Shown in pieces: positions 39,230-49,472 of a stretch of DNA of 64,000 nucleotides. The notes beneath the pieces were generated by a model. It worked only from the letters and a program-made list of their open reading frames with translations. It had not been told where the DNA came from and did not search any database. Made by a program: the position numbers and the translations under genes. This stretch comes from Raillietiella orientalis (taxonomy: Eukaryota): positions 558,001-622,000 of the forward strand of contig JAYWIR010000059.1 of NCBI GenBank assembly GCA_036172245.1, given 5' to 3'. The number at the start of each line of letters is the position of its first letter. Position 1 is the first letter of the stretch.

Positions 39230-40068
39230 TGGTTAGTTTGACTCCGGTCATATGGATCTACCGATGCTCCTAAGCAGTGAACTCTCCTAATTAATCCTGC
39301 AGCCTCGACATCCGGTTGCGCACCGCACCACTCCATGCCTCCAGATCAGGGCAGGAGCAGTTTTGTCGCGCGGGTCGGTTGCAGAGAGAACTGTTAGAGG
39401 ACACAAAAGAGAGCACTTCATTTTTTCTGTGCACACGTGCACACTCCAATCCTGAAGCACGCAAGCAGGAAGGCAGAGAAGGCGTTTCAGCTGTTATCCG
39501 CTTTAGCAGGAAGAGCTGCATTCCCGTCAAGCTAGCTGCCGCTTGTTCTACCGTTGGATAGGAACCTATCACAAGCCCGCTGTTTGGACTGTGCCCTTGG
39601 ACCTCCTTAGGTGTTTCAAGGAAGTGCTCATCGTCATCCCCAGACACACCAATGTTTCGTATCCGCCTCATAACACTCCGGAGACGACCACCGAACTTCT
39701 CCAGCTCAACCCCCGTGTCCAAACTGCGTCATTTATCCAATTTCCTTTCTTCAGTTCTGCCCTGGCGGATCCGGTTGAAAATTCATGTCCAACCCGCAGC
39801 TGGTCAGGTCAAAGACCTCAGGACCTCTTCCAACGATGTTGACATAGGGAAGGGAGGAGGGTGGACCATCAGCAGACAGTCGGGGTAGGCGGCAGCGGCC
39901 AGGGCATATGCACGTGAGGAAGACAGGCTGGCCAGCTCTTGCCTGTGTTCTTCCAGTATCGATCTGAAGTTGGTCTTCAGAAGATTTGAGCTGAATCCTG
40001 CTCCTTACTGACATCACGCAAGCATACCGTCTATGGGAGAAGGTGTGGATCAGTCTTTCGCCCCGCAG

Positions 40069-40155
40069 GCGTGAAAAAATGGCAGGTGCTCTGGAAGTCC
40101 GAGCCGTGCCTGGAGCTCCAGGAGGAGTTTCCAGCCCATGCCGGAAGTTACGTGG
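40069..40155 (+). pseudogene. Orphan exon-like fragment, weakly WD40-like
   Basis: Acceptor-like tctttcgccccgcAG (40067-68), then VKKWQVLWKSEPCLELQEEFPAHAGSYVV with GC-rich codon usage. Cut by the head of SINE copy 2. Confidence 0.3.
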
Positions 40156-40920
40156 TCACAACCTCGGTGCGTGGCACCAAGCTTCGTGGGTTTGAATCCC
40201 ACCCGGGGAAGGATACATGCCGAGAACGTGAGGTGCTTCGTGGGTTCGAGTCCCTTTTGCAAGATGACGCTGGTTGACCCATCTTCAGATGCGGCACTCG
40301 TAGCGGTTCAAACCGCATACCCTTGATGAGTCGCCGGGATTGGGAGTCGACCCTCCGGGGTCCTACCAGGAGACAGAATCAACCGGAGTGGTAGTTCCCC
40401 TCCGGTTGTGCAAAGGAGCCGTCCCTCCCTCATCGTGGATGGATCCTCCGTCTCCTACCATGCAGTACCTCTCCAGCGTACAGAGAAGCGTGCCACTCCC
40501 TTCGGGGAGCGCCCTTCTGAGAAATTTCGGAAGCTTCCCTTCGGAGTTCTCTTTAGAGGAGGGGGAAACTAGGAGCGGTCCCTTTGCGGGTTCCCTCCGG
40601 AGAAGAAATTCCTAATAGCGGATCCTATCCGGAGTTCCTTGGGGGTTCCCTTCGGAGAAGAAAAAATGGAGCGGACCCCTTCGAGGCTCCCTTCCAGGCG
40701 TGGGAGGAACGGATCCCTTCTTCGGAGCCCTTCCTGGATTGGTCCCTTCCCGGAGTATTCGCTATCTTGAAGAATCATGCGCACCTTCGGGTGGCTTGGA
40801 ACAGTGTCAAAGAGCTGCGTGAGCCAGGTGCGCGACGGATCTTGAGGTACTCAGCGAGCGAAAAGAAAGAAGCTGTGAGGAAAACAGCGAAGAAAGAAAA
40901 GAATTCAAAAGGGTTTTCAT
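40150..40920 (+). mobile_element. SINE-like repeat copy 2
   Basis: Three B-box-like motifs: GGTTTGAATCCC (40189), GGTTCGAGTCCC (40243), GGTTCAAACCG (40305). The body is the reverse-complement homologue of 10590..11325. Confidence 0.8.
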
Positions 40921-42535
40921 CATTGAGTGCGTGGAACGCCTTACGGATCACTATGACCATGGTCAAGGTTCCCTTTCTCTGCTTCCCCCCTTCGAGAAAC
41001 GTGTTCGTCCCAGTGCCTCCGCTCGCCCCTGTGCCACTTGCCCGGTGCGGAAGAAAGGACTAGCGAGGTCCATGAGTTTCCTGGAGACGAAACGGCGTCT
41101 CAGCCAGGAAACCGACGTCCATTGTGAGGCTGAGGCAGAGCAACTTCGCTGCGGTCCGATCGGTGACATCGTTACTTGTTTACTCGCTACTGCCCCACAC
41201 TTTGGACAGGAACTGAACATCCGCGTTTATTTTGGTGGTCGGACACCAGTTGATGAGTGTTTAGCTCTCCTGCAAGGGATGCTTAGCCGTGACAATTCAA
41301 ACGAGGCAGGCACCTCGCCCTGCTCCTCGATCTTTCGGGTCCATGCAAGTAACAGAGTCGAGAGTTCTTCTGCTAAGCACTTACACAGCCGCCGAAAGTC
41401 CTCCCAGTCTTTTTGCAGCTCTTTAGTTGGATCAAGGTCCTGCAGAACCTCGCCCTGTGTTACCATCCTCTCCAGTTCGGTACTCTCTCCAGTCCCAGTA
41501 AAGGACACGCGGGCAGTGGACGTTCCGCCCAAGTGCTGTCTGTGTAGGGCAACTGTGTACACAACGAAGAGTGCATCGTGCCCCTGACGGCCTTGGTTGG
41601 TTTCAAAGGCTTGGCAATCGGAAACTCCTGGACTCCGGCTTTCCTGATTTCCAAGTCTGCTGTTCCACCATGGCACGGTGGTCTGCCACGCGCGGCACGT
41701 TCCTCTGGCTCTCTGAAATGCACGCGTGCGGCATCTCAAGGCAATCGGCCAGACTTTCTCTGGATCTGTCGGCAACCTCCGGAATGGATAGCTGCTGCAA
41801 AACACCACCAGGACGGATACCCTCATAAGGTCCCAGTCTCAATCCCGAATGTGGGCAGCAGAGATACCGTCTCGTTGGGAAGTCGCCTTGGGCTGGCAAG
41901 CGATCCCTTGGTCGAGGGCGCGAGCGCCAGTTCCACGTGAGGTGGGGGGTCGGAGAGGGGCGAGCTGGATCAGGAGTGTTCCGCCACCTGCTCCAGCTCG
42001 TCCAGGAGCAAGCATTCCACTCTTGTCTGCATGTCCAGTTCCGTCACCTTTCTGGCGTGCACCGACGTGCAATGCTCCTCTGTACGGGCACGTTGTGGGT
42101 GACTCCACGAGTTTTCCCCACGAGGTCGACAGCAGCAAAATCGCCCGCCACGAGGCGAGCGAGGAAGAGGGCATGACCCGTCCGCAGCAAGACGAGAAAC
42201 GCGATGCTCTTGGTGCTACTCACCATTCCCTCTGAGAATATTCCTGTGAGTGTCCGCGAGTTGGGTCGTGGCAGTCTAGAGGGTCAGCTTACCCACGAGG
42301 CCTTCGCGACCGAGAAGTGTCTCTCAGCAGCGTCTCATGAATCCGCCCAGAGCGTCTACGCTCGCTGGCGCAGGTGTTCGAGCGGAATACTTCCGCTGTA
42401 CAAAGTCTCTCTTGGAGTTGGCCTCCATGAAAGAGAATGACCTTTCCTTTGGGTTGCAGAGCCGAGGCCCGACGTGCTCCCCTGACATTGCCGGCATTAC
42501 TCTGTCTTTTGTATCTGGAAGAACAGCCTGAGAGG
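40915..42535 (-). mobile_element. Old, degenerate L1/Tx1-like copy D (ORF1/ORF2 junction through APE to RT motif 3)
   Basis: cagagTAATGccgg at 42499..42495; EGLVGKLTL; LARLVAGDF; RVADHRAMVEQQTWKSG; GEVPASF; INWCPTTKINADVQFLSKVW; TMVIVIRKAFH. All collinear with element B ORF2. Confidence 0.8.
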
Positions 42536-42539
42536 TCCG

Positions 42540-43902
42540 TAGATGGATCTGCCGCCCTTACAGCTCGTTAGCTGGAGATTTTCGAGAGACTGCGCGACCG
42601 CTGGCTCAGCAACTCCGGCCCCGATGTGGCTCACCTCGTAGCCGGGGACTTCAATGTACACGCGCTATCGGAGGAGTCTCACCGTCGCCGGGAGAAACGG
42701 CTGGTGAACGAGGTGTGCGCGTCCGTGCACGCCTCTAATTTGCTGGCCGACGATCCCAGGATGCGTGCTTTGCCGGACCATGTGTTCCTCGACGATCACC
42801 TGCATTGTCGGGTGGGTCGAAGAGGTCCCGTGCCGTCCGAGCTTTCCGACCACTACAGGCTGGATTTTGAGCTACTCCCGCCTGGCAAGGGCCCTCCGAC
42901 GCACGTCTGGAGGTTGCCGGCCGACTGGTTGAGAAATCCGGTGGCTGCGGAGCACCTCCGTCAGCATCTCCGGACCTTGGCCGTTCGAGAGCTCGTGGAC
43001 TGGGACGATCTGAAAAGATCGGTCCGCGAGTTCTGCAGCCGGTTCCCCTTGCGCCTGCTTCACCGTGGCTTCGGGGAAGGCGTGGCCAACAGCAGAGAGT
43101 TTCTGCAGGCTCGCCAATTCTCCCGATGCCCGGACGTCCGGTACCTTGCGGAGTACAAGGCCAAGGCGGAGCGCCAGGTCTGGCAGTCAGGAGCGGCTTG
43201 TCTGCTCCACGACCAGGGCCTGGAGTGCTCGGGCGCGGCCGAAGTTCGCCGCCTCCTAAAGCGCTACTACTCCTCGTTGTATGCTAGGGAGCCGACGGAA
43301 CGCAGTCTCTCGGAGCTGCTTCTGCCGGCGGATTCCCCGGCGGTCGACGAGGAGGAACGCGCCAATCTTGACTTGCCCTTCACGGCGGAAGAAGTATCTT
43401 CCGCCATAGCGGGCCTCAAGAAGCGCCAGGCGCCAGGTGAGGATGGTCTGCCTGCGGAGTTCTTCCAGTGCTTCGCGGAGGAACTCATCCCCCTGGTGCT
43501 GAGGCTTTCTGCGCTGATGCGAGAGACGGGCAATGTACCGGCCTCGTTTCGCTCAGCAAGGGTGCGTCTCTTGCCGAAAGGCGGAGACATGCGCCATTTA
43601 AGCAACTGGCGTCCCATCACCTTGGTGAATGCGGACATCAAGTTGTTCTCCAGGCTCTGGGTCGCGCGCCTAGGCAGGATCGCTGGATCCGTGGTAAGCC
43701 CGGAGCAGTCTTACGCTGTTCCCGGGCGTTCCATGGAGGCGAACCTGTTCTTCGCGCGCACGTGGCTCGAGCTGCAACGTTGCGTGGCGCACGACAGCCA
43801 GGTAACCGCATCTGCGGCTGCCAGTGCTAGGCGTCGCTGCATTCGGCCTGAGGAAGCGCCGGGTGCCTTGGCGGTCGCGGTCGATCTCCGCAAGGCGTTC
43901 GA
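42540..43902 (+). pseudogene. L1/Tx1-like copy A, left part of ORF2 (C-terminal half of APE + RT N-terminus)
   Basis: ORF 42626..43942: HLVAGDFN, DHVF, SDH, APGEDGLPAEF, NWRPITLVNADIK. Homology ends at AVDLRKAFD, where element B is inserted. Confidence 0.95.
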
Positions 43903-44120
43903 TTTTCACCCGGATTTCGCCGGGGCGTTTATTGTAAAATAAACATTTACAAAGACGTGCGGTGGCTGGACCATTGCTCCAGCCACGCACGAAGAAACAC
44001 AGAACGTGCCAGGTCACCGGTTCGCAGACCGGCACGGTCCACCACGGCAGCAGGGGGAAGGGGGAAAAACAAAAAACAAAACAAAAAGAAAAGAAAAAAC
44101 TGGGAGGGTACGGGAAGGGA

Positions 44121-47100
44121 TCACTGTAGCTGGTGGGGCCGTTGCATCCTTTGCAGGATGCCGGCAAGCTCTTGCTGCATGCTTGGATCCAGGTGGGGCC
44201 ATCGTGACGCCCTCCTCAGGAACTGGGAAGCTGGCTGGATGGCACCCTGGTCGTGTGGTCCTCCCGTAGCCTTGCTCCAGGCGACGACGATCCCGCGAAG
44301 GCAGCACAGAGCTGCTAACGAGGCCGCTGGCCGAAGGGCGTCGGCAACGAAGAGGGCTTTCAGTGCGTCCCTGGGGTTGCCGCAGGGGATTCCGATGGCC
44401 GCGGCAAAGCGAAACCAAAGGGGCCGAAGGGCAACACAATCCACTAGCAGGTGGGGGAGGGACTCCCGTTTCCCACACCTGACGCAATTGGGGTCCACCG
44501 CTCCCCAGGTCCAGTGGTGTCGGCGGGCGTTGCAGGGGAGTCCCCAGTGCTGCAACAGGAGAGCCGACTCCTGCCATTTTAAGGGGAGGGTGAAAGTGTT
44601 CATGAGCACCGGGGGCCACTTCAGATGTTCAATGGGAACATCGAGCAGAGCGCCCCAGCGCAGAAGTCCATTGGGAGGCGTACTCGGGGACGCAGCGTCT
44701 GTTAACTTGCCCGTCTTCCACTCTCCTATCTTCTTCTCCTTTCCGGAGATTTTTACTGTAACCTCCCACTTCGCCGCAACATCGCTGTCCAGATCTTCCA
44801 TCAGGGAGGGCAGCGCAGCAGCGAGGAGGGTTTTTCCTGCCCACGCTCTCTTCTTTGGATCCTCCAGGATCTCGCGGAGCGTGCAACTTCTGTAACCCCC
44901 AAACAGGAACCTTCGTTCCTGTTGGGAGCGTTGCATGCCGAACTGTCCCCACGTTCGAACGGTTTCCTGCAACCAGGCACTACCGTTCAAAGGGCGACAG
45001 GTGAGGAATCCTGGGTTTTTCCGGTACAGAGCAGCCACCCTCCGTAGCTGGAGTCCGCATCGGTTGACGCGGCGACGGAGTGCAAGAAACGACGTCAGTC
45101 CCGTCTTGCCGGTGGTTTGCTGGAGAAGGAGACGTGCAGGGACGCACCAACAGGTGCACAACAACTCTGGAACGAGTGCCGACAATCGGAACTGGAGCTG
45201 AAGCTCCAGCCGCTTTAGCGTCAGGAGGCCCAGACCACCGTCCCGACGAGGAGCGCACAAGTCCTTTAAGCGGACTCGGGCCCTCCCGTTGCCCCAAAGG
45301 GCGATACGGAGGAGGTCCTTTGTCCGCTTTTTAATCCTCTCTGTGGGGGAGCAAACAAAAAGCAGGGGGCGGAGGAGAGGAGCCGCGAACGTGTTCCAAA
45401 CCGCGGCCCGTTCAGGCAGGAAAAACCTGCCGCCTCGGAACGGGCCGATCGCCGTCTCTACTTTTTGGAGGCAGCAGGACCACGCTTCCGCAGGGGAATA
45501 GTCCCACAACGGCACACCAAGGTACTTGGAGTAACTCACCGTGGGGATCCCCGAACGGACCCAGTCCTGCTGCCCTGCCCACGCCGCACCAACTGGCATC
45601 ACGTACGACTTCGCCCTGTTCACCGTAAGTCCGGTTCCCCGATGCAGCAGGTCGAAGAACTCCTCGACCGCCGCAGCCGGGGTGGACATAGGGAGCAGCA
45701 GCAGAAGGTCGTCCGCGTACGCTGAAACGGCCGGCGTACCGGCACAGTCGTGCGGCAGGTGCGCCAGAGTTCCCCTGTACGCTCTCAGTACCCACTCAAA
45801 GTAGGTACTGAAGAGCAAGGGGCTCAGGCTGTCTCCCTGCCGGATCCCACGCCGCACCGGCACGCCGTGCACGGTCTGCCCGCTGAAAGTAACGTTGATG
45901 AGCGCGTCGCGCCAGCAGGAGCGCAGATAGGCCACTAATGAGGCCGGGAAGCCCAAGCGTTCCAGAAGCTCCAGAAGGAGATTCTGGTCGACGCAATCGA
46001 ATGCTTTCCGCAAGTCGATTGCGACCGCAAGGGCTCCCTCCCTCACCCGACCATCCGACCCCTTGCCGGCGCACGCACCGGAATTCCGGCTGCGCACCAA
46101 GCTCCTTTCTTGTTGGAGCTCTAGCCAGGTGGAAGCGTGGAACAGGTTCGCCTCCATGCTTCGCCCGGGAACAGCATATGTCTGTTCCGGGCTGATGAAG
46201 ATGTTGGCAACCCGTCCCAGACGCTCTGCCCAAACCTTAGCCAGCAACTTGGCGTCCGCATTCACTATTGTGATGGGACGCCAGTTGTTCATGTTCCTCA
46301 GATCTCCTCCCTTAGGGAGGGGCCGCACCTTTGCCGAACGGAACGAGGCGGGAACGTCACCTGTCTCGCGTATCAGCAAGGTGAGTTGCTGTACCAGGGG
46401 GGTAAGCTCAGCCGCGAAAGTTTGGTAAAACTCCGCGGGCAGGCCGTCCTCCCCTGGAGCCTTGCGCCTCTTGAGCTTTCCGATGGCCGAGAGGATCTCG
46501 TCCATCGTGAAAGGCTCGTCGAGGGTCTTTCTCTCCTCCTCCCCGATCGCTGGAGCGCCTTCCGGAAGCAGGAGTCGTAAGACGTTCCTCTCCGAAAGTG
46601 CCCTGGCATACAGGGAGGAGTAGTAACTCCGCAGCAGGCCGCGGATTTGGGCGGGTGCCGAGTGCTCCTGGCCCTGATCGTCCAGCAAGCTGGCCGATCC
46701 GGACTGCCAGGCTTGCCTCTCGGCTCCCGCTTTGTATTCCGCCAGCCTGCGGATGTCGGGGTCCTGGCGTAACGACGGGCCTGCAGGTAGGCTCGTTCGT
46801 TACGGACCCCGGTCCCAAAACCCGTGGGTAGGCAATGCGAAGGGAACTGGTCGGAGAACTCCTGGACCGACCGCTTGAAGCGGTCCCAATCCTGGAGTGT
46901 TCGCAGATTGAAGCTCCGTATAAACGTGCGGAGATGTTCCGCCGCGTCCGGGAGCTTCAGCCAGTCCCCTGGGAGACGCCACGCTGACGAGGGGGGGCCC
47001 CTGTGGCGCGGATGGATCTCCAGGACTAGCGGGCGATGGTCGGACAGCTCGCACGGTAACTTGCCGCGCCTGCCCACGCGAGGGCACAGGTGCTCGTCAA

Positions 47101-47702
47101 GAAACACGTGGTCAATGCTGTCTTCCATCCCCGGTGCACTGGCCAACAAATTATAGGTGTGCACCGCCATGCACACCTCGTTGACCAGGTCACGCTCGGG
47201 ATTCTGCCCATCTGGTTTCAGGCGAACGTTGAAATCGCCTGCAACCAGATGGGCATTCCGCAAGCCTGCTTCGGTCAGCCAGTCTCGCCGGAGGGCAAGG
47301 AAAAACTCTTTCCTCGCCTTCCTGGTCATCAGGTCCGCGCCGCTCGGTGCGTACACGTTCGTGAGGATCAGATCGATCGAGTCGGACCACCTGAGAGTCA
47401 GCTAGCCGACACGACCGTGATCGTCGAACCGCACGCCCCGAGCCGCGGCCTCGACGGCTGGCCGAAGCAGGTAGGCGACACCGCAACTTTTCGGTCTCCC
47501 ACACCTGTACCACAGCCGCCCTCCGGAGATCCGTTCGATCTCTTGCGCCTGTTCTGCAGAGATCACGTGGATCTCCTGCAGCAGCGCAAGGTCGTAGGAC
47601 TCCAGAAGGGCGGCCATGTCTCGTCTCCTGCTGGCGTCTGTCATGCCGTTCACGTTCCAAACGGCGATGCGCAGACGACGGAGGGGAGGAGATTCCCGGC
47701 AT
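44121..47702 (-). pseudogene. Element B ORF2: APE endonuclease + reverse transcriptase + C-terminal CCHC; disrupted
   Basis: WNVNG, LLQEIH, NVYAP, VAGDFN, IDHVF, SDH; RT DLRKAFD, GIRQGDSLSPLLF, AYADD, KYLGV; CVRC..HLLVDC. Lesions: frameshift at about 47680, in-frame TAG at 47402..47404, frameshift at about 46760. 44121..46688 is open (855 aa). Confidence 0.95.
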
Positions 47703-49417
47703 TACTGCTGGGAAGATTAAGGTGTGGGGGAGCCCGCCTCTTGCGAGGCGGGCGGGATGTCCATGGGGGTTTCGGCCTTCTCAGGCACCTGAGGCACCTG
47801 TTCGGCCTCCACCCCCTCCATCCCCTCCGTGTCCGCGCGTGGGAGTCTCTCGGGCGACGGGTCCTGCGAGTTTCCCACGCTCATGGCACCCTCGCTTGCG
47901 GAAGCCATCTCTTCCCCTTCGACGGGGGAGACGAGCTTCCTCGGCTTTGTGGACTTACGTCCAGCCTTCTTGCGGGGTGCCGTGGAAACGGAGGCTGCGC
48001 TTCCGGCCTCCACCTCGGGGTCGGAAGTGGGTGACTCCTGAGGGGAGGCCGGACGCCTTACGGCCTTCTTGCCAGCCTTGGAGGGTTCTGGCCGCAACGA
48101 GGCAGCCAGTTCCTCCGCGGCTCGCGCGTAGGGTACGTCATCGGTGGTGGTGTCGATGACGGACGCCGCCGCCGGCTCGCTCCCCTCGCTGTTGGCAGAG
48201 TCAACAGAGGGGAGGTCGTCGGTAGCGGCGAGTTCTTTCTGGCAGCGTTCGGCAACATCGGGAACGCGTTCGACGACGACGCTGCACTCTTTAATTATCG
48301 CGCTACCCTGCTCTTTCTTCTTCTGTTGGTAGGCGATTTTTTTCTCCATTCTCCTCTCCTTCTTTGATTTTTTGGCCGTTGCCAATTGCCACCCAGTCTC
48401 CTGGCCGGCTCCCTCAACTTTTTCGGCGTTGGTCGCTGGGGTCTCGGGTGCGGCCTGGGTCTTGGGCGCGGGTGGCACAGCCTTCGCGGCAGCTTTCGCC
48501 GCCAGCTTTTTCTGCAGCAGCCGGGCGCGTTTTTTAAGGTTTCTCTTGGAAACCACCCGCACTGCTGCCTTTGGGCACACCTCCCTCGTGTGACCCATTG
48601 TGCCGCATACTTGGCACTGCACGTTGGGACACCTCTTTTTGAGGTGGCCCGACGTATTGCAGAAGCCGCAGTATTTCGGCTTCCCCACATACCAGAGGTC
48701 GACGGTTTCGCCTTCGACCACCAGTTTGTGGGGTAGGGTGCAGCCCTCCCGAACGGTCACGCGCGCAGCCGTGAGGCCGTGTTGCAGCCCCGTGTAGTCC
48801 TCGAAAGGACTAACTTTTGTCCACTGCGCGTGGACCGTTCCGAACTGTTCCAGAGCGGCGCGAACCTGTTCTTTGCGCATTCGCGCGGTTACGCCTAACA
48901 GGTGGACCACCATGCTGCGGTCCGCCGTAGTGGGGAGGAGCCTACGCGTCCCCATCACAACGGGGGTTTTAAGCAGTGGTTGGGCCAGCTCTGCATGTTT
49001 GCAGATGACCTCAACGTACTGACCCCCGCTGCGGATGGTCATAGCGCTGAGCTCCTCCTCTTTCACATCGAGAGCGCGCATGCCCTTCGAAAAGGCGCGC
49101 GCGCTCTCTAAAGATTAAAGGGTGCCTACCTTGTAGAACAATGAGGGGTTGTACCCCTCCTCTACATAGGCCGACAATTCCGCCGCGGCTGCAGCCGATG
49201 GCGCCGACACAACGGCGCTCCACGCCCGCGCTGCAGCGGGGACCGATTCTGTGGGGGCGGATGCCCTCACCTCCATCGCCTCTGGGGGCAACGTTGCCGC
49301 CGCCCCCTGGCTCTCCATCGCCTCTGGGGGCGGCGTTGCCGCTGCCCCCTGGCCATCCCTGGTGGTCGCGTCAGGCATCGCTGCCTGATCGACCACCGAA
49401 CCACACGACGCTTGCAT
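47702..49417 (-). pseudogene. Element B ORF1: gag-like protein with two CCHC zinc knuckles; two in-frame TAA
   Basis: CGFCNTSGHLKKRC and CQVCGTMGHTREVC, preceded by an RRM-like region. ORFs 49115..49477 and 47717..49081 are in the same frame, separated by TAA at 49115..49117. A second TAA at 47717..47719 lies five codons before the conserved SQQ-TAATG end. Confidence 0.9.
49270..49353 (-). repeat. 42-bp tandem duplication in the ORF1 N-terminus
   Basis: Encodes QGAAATPPPEAMES / QGAAATLPPEAMEV. Confidence 0.9.
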
Positions 49418-49472
49418 TGGGGGAGACTTCCTGGCACGAGGAGCACCGAGAAAACACGTCCACCCTGGAGCA

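Larger units (their letters stand above)
43903..49472 (-). mobile_element. Full-length (5570 bp) L1/Tx1-like LINE copy B with 14-bp target-site duplication
   Basis: Flanked by cgcaaggcgTtcga (43889..43902) and cgcaaggcgGtcga (49473..49486). Contains ORF1, ORF2, 3' UTR, AATAAA, stem-loop and a short A tail. Confidence 0.95.

Noticed and set aside
40915..42535. Copy D as the missing 3' half of copy C
   Set aside because: D has its own TAATG junction and APE N-terminus and is far more decayed than C, so it is a separate, older insertion.
47402..49117. In-frame TAA/TAG codons in element B suggesting stop-codon reassignment
   Set aside because: In sister copies the three stops align to different residues (Tyr and Ser in C, Lys in D). 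TAA is also used as the genuine ORF1 stop, and frameshifts are present too. These are ordinary nonsense mutations.
49108..49129. GTAGG...TTTAG 22-nt mini-intron removing the ORF1 TAA
   Set aside because: Splicing would shift the frame, and the unspliced reading aligns codon for codon with copy C (YKVGTL*SLESARAFS vs YKAGPLYDPAVALSFS).
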